From Dehalococcoidia bacterium (lineage in GTDB: Bacteria; Chloroflexota; Dehalococcoidia; Lucifugimonadales; VXLM01), in assembly GCA_965197705.1 (NCBI GenBank), contig OZ240223.1, positions 344,638-408,637 of the forward strand: a stretch of 64,000 bases of DNA. Reading direction: 5' to 3'. A program made the translations under genes and the position numbers. The notes beneath the pieces are model-generated. The model was not told the origin of the DNA. It saw only the letters and a program-made list of their open reading frames with translations, and did no database searches. Numbering within the stretch: the stretch's first letter is position 1; each line of letters starts with the position of its first letter. This document shows, in pieces, positions 9,761-19,093 of the stretch.

Positions 9761-9782
9761 ACAGAGAGGGGGGTCGCTCCGG

Positions 9783-10358
9783 TCAGACGGCCTGCTTCTT
9801 GAGCTTGGAGACGAATTTCTTGCGGAACTTCGACACTTTTGGCCTGACGACCACGAAGCAATAAGGCTGGAACGGGTTCTTCTCGAAGTACTGCTGGTGG
9901 TACTCCTCCGCCTCGTAAAAGGTGTCGAGCGCTGTCACCTTGGTAACGATGGGGTCGTCCCACACTTCCGCGACGGTTATCTCTTCGATGACCTCTTCGG
10001 CGATAAGCCTCTGCTCCTCGTCGTGGTAGTAGACCGCCGACCTGTACTGGGTGCCCACGTCGTTGCCCTGCCGGTTCAGCGTCGTCGGATCGTGAATCGT
10101 GAAGAAGACCTCGAGCAGCTCCCGGAAGCTCACCATGTCGGGGTCGAATGCAATCCGGACGACCTCGGCGTGGCCCGTCGTCTCGGAGCACACCGCCTCG
10201 TACGTCGGATCGGGATCGTGGCCCCCGGCATACCCGGATACCACCGACTCGACCCCACGCAGCTCGTTGTAGACGGCCTCCAGGCACCAGAAGCACCCGC
10301 CCGCCAGCGTGGCGAGAGGGTATCCGTCACTCGATCGACTTCCGTTTTGTTGGTTCAT
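9783..10358 (-). CDS. msrA: peptide-methionine (S)-S-oxide reductase
   Basis: 191 aa. Active-site GGCFWC motif and conserved MsrA core. Confidence 0.95.
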   Translation of the reverse strand: MNQQNGSRSSDGYPLATLAGGCFWCLEAVYNELRGVESVVSGYAGGHDPDPTYEAVCSETTGHAEVVRIAFDPDMVSFRELLEVFFTIHDPTTLNRQGNDVGTQYRSAVYYHDEEQRLIAEEVIEEITVAEVWDDPIVTKVTALDTFYEAEEYHQQYFEKNPFQPYCFVVVRPKVSKFRKKFVSKLKKQAV

Positions 10359-10568
10359 AGCGATCTCCTCTTGGTGAAGTGACGTGCAGAGAACTCGTAA
10401 CGCAGAGATTGTTGGAGGAAGTATACCAGTGCGCGGAGGTTCTCATCCCGTCTCACTGTGAAACGGATTCAGGGTATTGTTGGGTAGTTTCGTGCTGCCG
10501 TCCACAGGTGGTACCATCCGTCTAGTGGGCGATATTCCGCATCCCAAGTACTCGAGCGAAACCGACCC

Positions 10569-11573
10569 GTGCAGCCTGGAAAACTCCCCCTCGACCTGCT
10601 GTCTCGCCTCCTCGACAAAATCGACGTGCGCGATCCCCGTGTCGTGCTCGGCGCGAGGGCAGGGGAGGACGCCGCGCTCATCGACTTCGGCGACCGCTAC
10701 CTCGTGGCGAAGACCGACCCGATCACCTTCGCCACCGACCTTATAGGCTGGTACATGGTGCAGGTCAACGCCAACGACATCGCCGTGATGGGAGGCACGC
10801 CACGCTGGCTCATGACCACGCTCTTGTTGCCGGACGGCGCCTCCGAGTCCGAGGTGGAGGGCATCTTCCGCCAGATCAAGGAGGCCTGCGACGCCCTGAA
10901 CATCACCGTCATCGGCGGCCACACCGAGATCACCTACGACCTGCCGCGCCCCATAGCGGTCGGTGCGATGCTGGGAGAAGTCCCGAAGGAACGCGCCGTT
11001 CTAACGTCGGGCGCTCGGCCCGGAGACAGCATCGTCCTCACGAAGGCCATCGCCGTCGAGGGCGCGTCGATTCTCGCCCGCGAGGCCTCGGACGTCCTGC
11101 TGGACCGCGGAGTTGCCCAGAACACCATCGACCGCGCGAAAGACTTTCTCTTCAGCCCGGGTATCAGCGTCGTCACCGAGGCGACAATTGCCTGCGATAC
11201 CGTCGACGTTCATGCCATGCACGATCCGACGGAGGGCGGGCTATCCGGCGGACTCGTCGAGATGGCGGCCGCGGCCAACGTCGGACTGATGCTCGACATG
11301 GAGGCTATTCCCGTTCTCCCGGAATGCCGGGAGATATGCGACGCGCTCGGCCTCGATCCACTGGGCCTTATCGCCTCGGGCTCCCTGCTCGCCGCGCTCC
11401 GGCCCGGCGACGTTCCGGCGTTGGAACGCGCTCTCGACCGGGAAGGCATCGCTGCCCACGAGATTGGCACAGTTACCGAACCTGCGGAAGGCTTGAAAGT
11501 CCGATTCCGGGACGAAGTTCGCGATCTGCCCACGTTTCCAAGGGACGAGCTAGCTCGCTGGTTCGGTGGGTAG
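10569..11573 (+). CDS. AIR synthase-related protein (PurM/HypE/ThiL/SelD superfamily)
   Basis: 334 aa, GTG start. PurM-like N-domain (DAALIDF..KTDPITF..NDIAVMGG) and C-domain. Confidence 0.7.
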   Translation: MQPGKLPLDLLSRLLDKIDVRDPRVVLGARAGEDAALIDFGDRYLVAKTDPITFATDLIGWYMVQVNANDIAVMGGTPRWLMTTLLLPDGASESEVEGIFRQIKEACDALNITVIGGHTEITYDLPRPIAVGAMLGEVPKERAVLTSGARPGDSIVLTKAIAVEGASILAREASDVLLDRGVAQNTIDRAKDFLFSPGISVVTEATIACDTVDVHAMHDPTEGGLSGGLVEMAAAANVGLMLDMEAIPVLPECREICDALGLDPLGLIASGSLLAALRPGDVPALERALDREGIAAHEIGTVTEPAEGLKVRFRDEVRDLPTFPRDELARWFGG

Positions 11574-11586
11574 CCGCAGTCACAGA

Positions 11587-12216
11587 CTACCCTAACCGGA
11601 AGACCGGCAAGCGCAAGGGGTAGCGTCCAGTCCCTCCATTGCCCAAGTCGTATGCAAGGAAAATTGAAAGGGCGATTCCCCCGAACCATGTTAGCGACAA
11701 TAACCCGAACGCCATCGTTGCCAAGCCCCAAAGCGATCCGTCGTCCTCATCATCCTCTTCGTCTGCAGGTTGCTCCGGAGTCGCGTCGTAGCCGGTTCGG
11801 GGGAACTCGACGAGCGGTTGGTCCGGCATGTAGTACGCGAATGTCGACGACCACGGTTCATCGTAGTTCGGGGTTGCAAATGCCGCGATGAGCCAAAGAA
11901 CGGCCACAGTCGCCGTCCACAGCACCTGGAAGTTGAGCACTTCTGTCGCGTGCATCCGTGCGGTAGGGGAATCAGGATGACGCCAACGGTAGATCAGCGG
12001 AATGATCAGATTCAGCGGCACGAGCGCGAATAACCCAATCGCGGGATACGAAAGCATGAAGACCAGCATTCCGGGCAGCGCCGCTAGGTGACACATCCGG
12101 GCGCGCCGCCGCTCCGCATAGGAACGAGCCATGCCTCGTCGCACGTGCGCTCCGCACTCCGGACAGCGGTGGGCATACACTGCCAACTCAAGCCCGCAGG
12201 CGAAACATTGCGCCAT
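11587..12216 (-). CDS. zinc-ribbon + DUF4870-like membrane protein, paralogue 1 of 6
   Basis: 209 aa. CxxC-x11-CxxC at the N-terminus, CHLAALPGM, PLNLIIPLIYRW, EVLNFQVLW, an acidic insert, and a C-terminal GTGRYPLRLPVFR tail. Confidence 0.8.
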   Translation of the reverse strand: MAQCFACGLELAVYAHRCPECGAHVRRGMARSYAERRRARMCHLAALPGMLVFMLSYPAIGLFALVPLNLIIPLIYRWRHPDSPTARMHATEVLNFQVLWTATVAVLWLIAAFATPNYDEPWSSTFAYYMPDQPLVEFPRTGYDATPEQPADEEDDEDDGSLWGLATMAFGLLSLTWFGGIALSIFLAYDLGNGGTGRYPLRLPVFRLG

Positions 12217-12310
12217 CGGCTTATTCCTTCCTCTACCTATGATGGCAGGTTGACCGGCATGTTAGGCGATTCGCTTCATTGATTGCCTTGATATGCGACT
12301 CTAGCCTGCG

Positions 12311-12772
12311 TCACTTGAACACCGGAATGCGCACGAGATACTTACCATCCCCGCCATTGCCCGCGTCGTAGGTCATGAATAGGACCATGAGTATCCCTCC
12401 GAACCATACGAATGGCCAGAGCCCAACTCCCGAAGATACCCAGAGAACAAAGAGAAGATACATAAGTGCCGACCACGCCACTTGGAAATTCAGTACCTCT
12501 GTCAAATGCTGCGGTACGCTTGGAGACCGCGCATGATTTGAGCGCAGTATCAACGGGACGATGATGTTGAACGGCGCCAGTGCGAATATCCACCAAATTG
12601 GAGTTATGGCAACGACCAGCACCATGCCCGGCAGCGCCGAAAGGTGACAGAATCGCACCTTCGCTCGCAGCGAGCTTGGGCGAACATTTCCCCGGTCCAC
12701 GTCGGCTCCGCACTTCGGACACGAGTGATCGTAGACTGCCACTTCGGCATGGCAGTTGTTGCAATGTGCCAA
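12311..12772 (-). CDS. zinc-ribbon + DUF4870-like membrane protein, paralogue 2 of 6
   Basis: 153 aa. CNNC..CPKC, CHLSALPGM, EVLNFQVAW, C-terminal GDGKYLVRIPVFK. Confidence 0.8.
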   Translation of the reverse strand: MAHCNNCHAEVAVYDHSCPKCGADVDRGNVRPSSLRAKVRFCHLSALPGMVLVVAITPIWWIFALAPFNIIVPLILRSNHARSPSVPQHLTEVLNFQVAWSALMYLLFVLWVSSGVGLWPFVWFGGILMVLFMTYDAGNGGDGKYLVRIPVFK

Positions 12773-12837
12773 TCGGACCCCCTTTATTGGCGGGCACTTC
12801 AGGATGAGGGTGATCTAACCTGCCCATCGCCGTTCGA

Positions 12838-13317
12838 TTAGTGGCGGTGGAATATTGGAATTCGTACGGGGTATCTGCCCTTGCCATGGTTTGTCACGTC
12901 AAAGACGACAAATAAGACCACCACCATTCCCGCGATCCATACGAACGGCCAGAGGGTACGCCCGAGGAACGGGACGATAACCATCGCTGCCCACATTGCC
13001 GCCGTCCACACCACCTGAAAGTTGAGCGCCTCGGTCGTGTGATTCCATATGATTTGAGATCCGGGGTTATTCCATCGGTAGAACCAAGGAGCAGCAATGT
13101 GCAGGGATACTAGGGAAAGAACGCCGAATTCCGTAAAGCCAACCAGGAAGATCAACATTCCTGGAAGGGCCAAGAGGTGGCTCAGGCACGCCTGAAAGAG
13201 GTCTTTCCCGGTCAGGACGACGGCCACGGCATTGTCAGGATCTTCCTCGGGACCGCACGTCTTGAGGTGACGGTCGAGATACGCCGTCATAGTCTTGCAT
13301 CTGGGGCACTGGGCCAT
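12838..13317 (-). CDS. DUF4870-like membrane protein with degenerate zinc ribbon, paralogue 3 of 6
   Basis: 159 aa. CPRC then only H..x3..C, LSHLLALPGM, EALNFQVVW, C-terminal GKGRYPVRIPIFHRH. Confidence 0.75.
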   Translation of the reverse strand: MAQCPRCKTMTAYLDRHLKTCGPEEDPDNAVAVVLTGKDLFQACLSHLLALPGMLIFLVGFTEFGVLSLVSLHIAAPWFYRWNNPGSQIIWNHTTEALNFQVVWTAAMWAAMVIVPFLGRTLWPFVWIAGMVVVLFVVFDVTNHGKGRYPVRIPIFHRH

Positions 13318-13434
13318 CGTGACCCCCGAGAGCGTGGTACAGGTTGAGACGAATCTTACGAAGGGTTACCGGTAATGTCAATACAAGTATAGCGTAATGC
13401 CATGTGATGTCACTTGTTAGTGTGCGGAAAGCCG

Positions 13435-13935
13435 TCAACCGATTGGAATCCGGATAGGGTACTTTCCGTCCCCCGCGCTCGCGGCATCTTTCGAGGCGAT
13501 CAAGACCACAACCATGCCTCCCAGCCAAACCGTGAAATACGTAGGCCACCATACGAATTCCGCCAGTGGAAATGGCACGTACCAAATTGTGTACATTACT
13601 AGAGTCCACAACACCTGAAAGTTCAAAACTTCCTTGCCATGACTTCGCACAAACCGCGACTTCAGATGCAGCAGCCAGTACACGAACGGAATCAACAGGT
13701 TCAGCGGCGCCAGCGCCCAAAGCCCGACCCTGTCAAAGGCTACGTCTATGAGGATTGCCAGGATTATCATTCCCGGCAATGACAGCAGATGACACAGCCG
13801 TGCTCGCGATAGCTCCATGTCGGTCGGAGCGTTGGCAAGCAGGCTGTTGGCGTCCCGAACCACACCGGCTCCACATGACTGGCAGCGTCGTTCGTAGACC
13901 GGTATCTCGGATTTGCACACGTCACATATCGCCAT
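13435..13935 (-). CDS. zinc-ribbon + DUF4870-like membrane protein, paralogue 4 of 6
   Basis: The ORF track extends to 14310, but ATG 13935 (MAICDVCKSE..) aligns with the starts of the other paralogues, giving 166 aa. CHLLSLPGM, EVLNFQVLW, GDGKYPIRIPIG. Confidence 0.8.
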   Translation of the reverse strand: MAICDVCKSEIPVYERRCQSCGAGVVRDANSLLANAPTDMELSRARLCHLLSLPGMIILAILIDVAFDRVGLWALAPLNLLIPFVYWLLHLKSRFVRSHGKEVLNFQVLWTLVMYTIWYVPFPLAEFVWWPTYFTVWLGGMVVVLIASKDAASAGDGKYPIRIPIG

Positions 13936-14051
13936 TGAAGCGTCTCCGGACCGGCGTACCGAATTGGCGGATTGTTTCCACGCCGACTCTGGATGTCGAT
14001 TTGACAGCGGTTCAATGCACCTTATCGGTTGGTCCCACGCCCTCCGGCAAG

Positions 14052-14567
14052 CTATCTGAATATCGGAATCCGGATAGGATACTTTCCGTCCCCCGCGTTT
14101 GCCGCATCGTTCGAGTAAATCAGTACGAAGACTAGGCCGATCATCAACACCGCTACATACGCAAGGTACCAATCCAAACCCCGAATCGCTGCTCCGCCAA
14201 GCGGGCCGAAGGACCACACTACGTAAATTGCCAGAGTCCATAGCAACTGGAAGTTGAGCGCTTCTGCCGCATGGCCCCGAACGTACCGCGACTTGGTTTG
14301 CGTTATCCAATACACCAACGGGAGAATCACGTTTAGCGGCACCAGTGCTAGAAGTCCGAATATTCCAAGCGCAGCGTATAAGAGAACGCCAAGGATCAGC
14401 ATTCCCGGCAGCGCCAGCAAGTGGGCCAATCGCGCTTGTGAAAGCTCCTTATCGGTCGGCGCGTTGGCAAGTAGCTTTTCGGTTTTCCCTCTTACGCCGG
14501 CCCCGCAGTTCCAACAGCGTCGGTCGTAAGCGGCGATCTCAGCTCTGCAGGCGGTACACTGCTCCAT
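14052..14567 (-). CDS. zinc-ribbon + DUF4870-like membrane protein, paralogue 5 of 6
   Basis: 171 aa. CTAC..CWNC, AHLLALPGM, EALNFQLLW, GDGKYPIRIPIFR. Confidence 0.8.
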   Translation of the reverse strand: MEQCTACRAEIAAYDRRCWNCGAGVRGKTEKLLANAPTDKELSQARLAHLLALPGMLILGVLLYAALGIFGLLALVPLNVILPLVYWITQTKSRYVRGHAAEALNFQLLWTLAIYVVWSFGPLGGAAIRGLDWYLAYVAVLMIGLVFVLIYSNDAANAGDGKYPIRIPIFR

Positions 14568-14639
14568 AGGCTTGTCTCTCCCTCAATCTTAACTGTCAGC
14601 CTGCGGGGTTTGGTCGGCGATTCACTATACTGCACGACC

Positions 14640-15179
14640 TCAACGCTCAAGTCGCGAACCGGCCAATCGGAAAATCGGGATCCTAAAGGGATACTTTCCG
14701 TCCCCCGCGTTTGCCGCATCAATCGAGGCAATCCAGACCAGCGCCGACCCTATCACCCATAGGAATAAAGCAATCGAAATGCCGATAGGCAGTACCCAAA
14801 ATATAACAACATCGACGAGCCAGAACCATGCCGCGCAGATTGCCAGCGTCCACGGCAACTGGAAGTTGACCACCTCCGCTCCGTGACTTCGCACGAACCG
14901 CGACTTCCGACGCAATAACCAGTAGGCGAGTGGGATGATCAGGTTCAGCGGCGCCAGCGCCCAAAGTCCGAGCGTGTCGGCCGTCACGGGGTAGGCAATT
15001 ACTAAAATCACCATTCCCGGCAGTGCCAGCAGGTGACACAGCTGTGCTCGATGGAGCTCCTTGTCGGTCGGCGCCTCGGAGAACAGCGTGTCTGTGTCAC
15101 GCCTAATGCCCGCCCCGCAGTTCCAACAGCGTCGGTCGTAGGAAGCAACCTCGACTCTGCAGGCGGTACACTCCACCAT
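14640..15179 (-). CDS. zinc-ribbon + DUF4870-like membrane protein, paralogue 6 of 6
   Basis: 179 aa. CTAC..CWNC, CHLLALPGM, EVVNFQLPW, GDGKYPFRIPIFR. Start lies 137 nt from the divergent nuoA start. Confidence 0.8.
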   Translation of the reverse strand: MVECTACRVEVASYDRRCWNCGAGIRRDTDTLFSEAPTDKELHRAQLCHLLALPGMVILVIAYPVTADTLGLWALAPLNLIIPLAYWLLRRKSRFVRSHGAEVVNFQLPWTLAICAAWFWLVDVVIFWVLPIGISIALFLWVIGSALVWIASIDAANAGDGKYPFRIPIFRLAGSRLER

Positions 15180-15316
15180 GAGATCCCCTCCCTACAACTC
15201 TGCGGGAATGAGCGAATTGTCACCACACGGACGGCGAATGTCAACGCGCCACCCGTTTGATAGACCCTTCGGCGCGGTGATACACTGGTTATGAAATTCG
15301 GCTCAGGGGGACCCAC

Positions 15317-15682
15317 TTGGAAGGACTCGCGCTCGACTGGACAGTCGTCGTGATCGTCGGCGCGACCGGCCTCGCGGCCGTCGTGGGAATGTTCGTCTTC
15401 TCCCGCGTCGTAGCGCCGAGGCGTCCATCCGAGATCAAAGATTCCCCGTACGAGTGCGGCATCCCCGCCGCCCCGTATCGCTGGTCCCAGATCCACATAC
15501 GCTACTACGTCTTCGCTATCCTGTTCCTCATCTTCGATGTCGAGGCCGTATTCCTCTTCCCTTGGGCTGTCGTCTTCCTGGAATCGATACCCGCCGTCTT
15601 CTATGAGATGCTCATCTTCATCGCCATTCTCTTTTTCGGCGTCATCTACGGCTGGAGGAAAGGAGTCCTGCAGTGGAGATAA
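15317..15682 (+). CDS. nuoA: NADH-quinone oxidoreductase subunit A
   Basis: 121 aa, TTG start, three TM helices, PYECG motif. Confidence 0.9.
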   Translation: MEGLALDWTVVVIVGATGLAAVVGMFVFSRVVAPRRPSEIKDSPYECGIPAAPYRWSQIHIRYYVFAILFLIFDVEAVFLFPWAVVFLESIPAVFYEMLIFIAILFFGVIYGWRKGVLQWR

Positions 15683-16212
15683 CACTGGGGCAGGGCTACC
15701 AACCCGGAAGCGGCAACAACCCGGCCGACAACGTCCTTCAAGAGATCATACCCAACACCCTCGTCGGCAAGTCTGACGAGCTCTTCGCCCTGGCGCGCAA
15801 GAACTCGCTGTGGACCCTGTCCTTCGGCCTCGCCTGCTGCGCCATCGAGATGATGAGCACGCACATGTCCCATCACGACTTCGACCGTTTCGGCGTCGTC
15901 ACATGGCCCTCCCCCCGACAGGCCGACGTCATGATCGTGGCAGGAACCGTCGTCAAGAAGATGGCCGAGCCGATCAAGCTCCTCTACGAGCAGATGCCCG
16001 ACCCCAAGTGGGTAATCGCCATGGGAAGTTGCGCGACCAATGGCGGGCCCTACTACCGCTCGTACTCCGTCGTCATGGGCGTCGATCACCTCATACCCGT
16101 CGACGTGTACGTGCCAGGCTGTCCACCCCGCCCGGAGGCCCTGATGTACGGCCTCCTCCAGCTACAGGAAAAGATCAAGCAGGACGCCCGGTCCGGTGAC
16201 GCAGCAGAGTAA
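15673..16212 (+). CDS. nuoB: NADH-quinone oxidoreductase subunit B
   Basis: 179 aa. Fe-S ligand motifs [19 protein letters not shown]. Overlaps the nuoA end. Confidence 0.93.
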   Translation: MEITLGQGYQPGSGNNPADNVLQEIIPNTLVGKSDELFALARKNSLWTLSFGLACCAIEMMSTHMSHHDFDRFGVVTWPSPRQADVMIVAGTVVKKMAEPIKLLYEQMPDPKWVIAMGSCATNGGPYYRSYSVVMGVDHLIPVDVYVPGCPPRPEALMYGLLQLQEKIKQDARSGDAAE

Positions 16213-16744
16213 GGGCCGTCCGAGACCCTCTCGACCTGCGCGAGCGCGTGGCGGCGCGGCTGCACTGGCGCCAGCACGTCTGGACCCCTTGGGGGAAGCT
16301 CTTTCCGGTACACTGCCTTCAGTCTACGGAGACATCCCCATGGAGATCGGCGCCGCAGTCGACGAGGTCACCGTCACGATAGCCGCTGAGTTGGTCCCCG
16401 AGGTCTGTCGCATCGCCAAAGACCACCCCGACCTCCAATTCGACTACCTCCGCTGCATCTCCGCCGTAGACTACGTCGAGCGTATCGAGGTCAACTATCA
16501 CCTCTTCTCCCTCCGCAGACGGCACAAGATGGTCGTCAAGACGAACGTCCCGCCCGACGAGCCACGCATTCCGACGGTTGTGAACGTCTGGCGTGGCGCG
16601 GACTGGTTCGAGCGCGAGGCCCACGACCTCTTCGGCGTCGTCTTCCAAGACCACCCCAACCTCAGCCCGCTCCTCCTCTACGAAGGCTTCGAAGGCCATC
16701 CCGGCCTCAGGAGCTTTCCCTACCACGAGTACGAGGAGTGGTAG
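16196..16744 (+). CDS. nuoC: NADH-quinone oxidoreductase subunit C
   Basis: 182 aa (start uncertain). 30-kDa subunit motif [14 protein letters not shown]; ends [22 protein letters not shown]. Confidence 0.88.
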   Translation: MTQQSKGRPRPSRPARARGGAAALAPARLDPLGEALSGTLPSVYGDIPMEIGAAVDEVTVTIAAELVPEVCRIAKDHPDLQFDYLRCISAVDYVERIEVNYHLFSLRRRHKMVVKTNVPPDEPRIPTVVNVWRGADWFEREAHDLFGVVFQDHPNLSPLLLYEGFEGHPGLRSFPYHEYEEW

Positions 16745-16885
16745 TTCATAGCCGAGTTTCCGACCGAGAAATCCCAGGAGTTTGGAGGACTGACGACTTC
16801 TTCAGTTGGTGTAACCTTTGAGACGTAAGGCCGTTGTATTCCCTGCTGTTTTCAGACACAGGAATTACAGGTAGGAGAAAACTCT

Positions 16886-17398
16886 ATGAGAAATCTTTTG
16901 ATGGTTCTCGCGGTGACTGGTATCGTTCTGGCGCTCGCCCTCATCGGGTGCAGCAACAGTTCGGAGTCGGGCGAACATCGTGGAGATTCGGATTCAAGTG
17001 CAAGGGCTGAAGGGTCCGGCGAGCACGGTGGTGGCTTAGAGTCCGGTGAGCAAGGCGAGGAGACCGGTACACAGTTTGCGCGGAACGAGGCCTACGACGA
17101 GGTCAGGGCTGGAGCTCGGCTGATCCTGTCATATGACTCTGCTGCCAATTCCTTCAAGGGCACGGTGGAGAACACTACCGAGGCGACGCTCAGCCGGGTC
17201 AGGATCGAGGTCCACCTCTCGAACGGGACTGAGCTTGGCCCGACAACCCCGGTTGTTCTGGCGCCCGGCCAAGCAGTTGACGTCACCCTTGAGGCGACCA
17301 AAGAGCCCTTCACCTCTTGGAGCGCCCACCCGGAAGTCGGAGGTGGTTCGGAGTTCGGTGAGCATAGTAGTGACTCGGAGTCTCGTGAGCACAGTTGA
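16886..17398 (+). CDS. lipoprotein, unknown function (Gly/Glu/His-rich flanks)
   Basis: 170 aa. Good SD (GGAGAA), signal peptide plus lipobox LIG/C, three GEH motifs, beta-rich core. Inserted between nuoC and a relic nuoC tail. Confidence 0.7.
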   Translation: MRNLLMVLAVTGIVLALALIGCSNSSESGEHRGDSDSSARAEGSGEHGGGLESGEQGEETGTQFARNEAYDEVRAGARLILSYDSAANSFKGTVENTTEATLSRVRIEVHLSNGTELGPTTPVVLAPGQAVDVTLEATKEPFTSWSAHPEVGGGSEFGEHSSDSESREHS

Positions 17399-17441
17399 GA
17401 TCGCTCTCCATGCTACGAACCCACCCTTCACCCAACCTTTT

Positions 17442-17510
17442 CTCTACGAAGGCTTCGAAGGCCATCCCGGATTGAAGAGTTTTCCGTATCACGAGTACGA
17501 GGAGTGGTAA
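17442..17510 (+). pseudogene. relic duplicate of the nuoC 3' end
   Basis: 69 nt aligned by hand to 16676..16744: 61 of 69 identical, the first 29 nt perfect. Encodes [22 protein letters not shown] (one aa differs). Weaker similarity continues about 35 nt upstream. Confidence 0.8.
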
Positions 17511-17622
17511 GGTTGCAGGACTCCAGAATCTGTTAACACAGGAACCCGAAAGGTGAATTAAGCAATGTCACGATTGACATAGGGATGGTGACCTTCTAGC
17601 ACGCAGGGAAAGGTCAACTGCA

Positions 17623-17904
17623 ATGACGACAATCAACTACAGGGCCGAGATATTTCGGGAAGGCGACCTGTACGTCGCCCGGTGCCCAGATCTCGACGTT
17701 TCAAGTTTCGGCGACACACTTGTAGAGGCGCGAGACTCCCTGCAGGAGGCGGTAGAGGCCTATCTGGAGGGTTGTGAGACGCTGGGCACCATGGATGCAG
17801 TGCTGGCGGAATCCGGCTATTCGAAAGTCAATGGGACGTGGGGTTTGGAGCGGCCCTCTGCCGAAAAGGCGGCTCTGGCCTTGCTTTTCTTGAACACGGT
17901 CTAA
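17623..17904 (+). CDS. HicB-like (UPF0150) antitoxin-fold protein, no adjacent hicA
   Basis: 93 aa. YRAEIFREGDLYVARCPDLDVSSFGDTLVEARDSLQEAVEAYLE matches the HicB N-terminal fold pattern. Sits between the nuoC relic and nuoD. Confidence 0.6.
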   Translation: MTTINYRAEIFREGDLYVARCPDLDVSSFGDTLVEARDSLQEAVEAYLEGCETLGTMDAVLAESGYSKVNGTWGLERPSAEKAALALLFLNTV

Positions 17905-17906
17905 CC

Positions 17907-19037
17907 TTGACAATAGAAACCCAACCCACGCAACAAGACTCACTCGACCCCGTCGACTTTATGGTCAACATGGGGCCGCAGCACCCTAGCACGCACGGCG
18001 TGTTCCGCATGGTGCTGTGGATCGACGGCGAGCGCATCGCCAAGGTCGAGCCACACATTGGATACCTGCACCGCGGCTCCGAGAAGCTCTGCGAGATCGA
18101 GGACTACTCACAGATCGTTACCCTCTTCGACCGCATCGACTACATCGGCAACCTCAACAGCGAACTCGCCTTCTGCATGGCCGTGGAGAAGATTATGGCC
18201 TTGGAGATTCCGGACCGCGCGTGGTACATCCGCACCATCATGTGCGAGCTCAACCGCATCGCCAACCACATGCTCTTCTACGGCGTGTACGGACTGGACG
18301 CCGGCGCGATGACGCCCATTCTCTACGGTTTCCGGGAGCGCGAGCGAATCCAAGAGCTCTTCGAGTCCGTGACGGGCGCGCGCATGATGCACAACTACAT
18401 CCGCGTAGGAGGCGTTCACGAAGACCTGCCGGCCGACTTCCCCGACCGCATGGTGACTCTCACCGACCAGCTCAAGCGCGGCATCGACGAGTGCGACGCG
18501 CTCCTGTCCGACAACGAGATGTTTCTCGCCCGCACCAAGGATGTCGGCGCGATCGGCGCGGAGGAGGCAATCGACCTCGGCGTCACCGGCCCTGCGCTTA
18601 GAGCGACCGGCGTACCCGAAGATGTCCGCATATCGGAGCCCTACGGCATCTACGACCGCTTCGAGTTTGGCATCCCCGTCGGCGAACACGGCGACTGCTG
18701 GGACAGGTACTACGTGCGCATTGAAGAGATGCGCCAGTCCATGAGCATCGTCGAGCAGGCGTTGGAGCAGATGGAGCCAGGAGACATCGCCGCCAAGACC
18801 CGTCGCCTTACCCGCCCCCCGAGAGGCGAGGTCTACCAGCGCACCGAGTCACCGCGCGGCGACTTCGCAGTCTTCCTCGTCAGCGACGGCAGCCAGCACC
18901 CTTACCGCGTGAAGGTCCGCGCTCCCTCCTTCGCTAACCTCCAAGCCCTCGAACCAATGCTCCGCGACGCCTACGTCGCCGACGCCGTCGTAATCCTCGG
19001 CTCCCTCGACATCGTCCTCGGCGAGGTCGACCGATGA
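17907..19037 (+). CDS. nuoD: NADH-quinone oxidoreductase subunit D
   Basis: The ORF track starts at 17838, overlapping the hicB-like gene. In-frame TTG 17907, directly after that gene's stop, gives the usual length of N-terminus before NMGPQHPSTHGVFR. Ends LGSLDIVLGEVDR. Confidence 0.9.
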   Translation: MTIETQPTQQDSLDPVDFMVNMGPQHPSTHGVFRMVLWIDGERIAKVEPHIGYLHRGSEKLCEIEDYSQIVTLFDRIDYIGNLNSELAFCMAVEKIMALEIPDRAWYIRTIMCELNRIANHMLFYGVYGLDAGAMTPILYGFRERERIQELFESVTGARMMHNYIRVGGVHEDLPADFPDRMVTLTDQLKRGIDECDALLSDNEMFLARTKDVGAIGAEEAIDLGVTGPALRATGVPEDVRISEPYGIYDRFEFGIPVGEHGDCWDRYYVRIEEMRQSMSIVEQALEQMEPGDIAAKTRRLTRPPRGEVYQRTESPRGDFAVFLVSDGSQHPYRVKVRAPSFANLQALEPMLRDAYVADAVVILGSLDIVLGEVDR

Positions 19038-19093
19038 CAATGTGCGACATCCATCCCACCTCTCCTCCGATCGGTTTTGCCTCTTACACAACC

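Noticed and set aside
13936-14310. N-terminal extension of paralogue 4 (the ORF track gives 291 aa from 14310).
   Set aside because: The extension overlaps the 3' part of paralogue 5 in another frame and has no similarity to the other paralogues. ATG 13935 aligns with the M-x-x-C-x2-C start of all other copies.
15008-15685. 225-aa minus-strand ORF spanning the nuoA region.
   Set aside because: It is antisense to nuoA and overlaps paralogue 6 out of frame. Its composition is Asp/Glu/Arg-rich low complexity.
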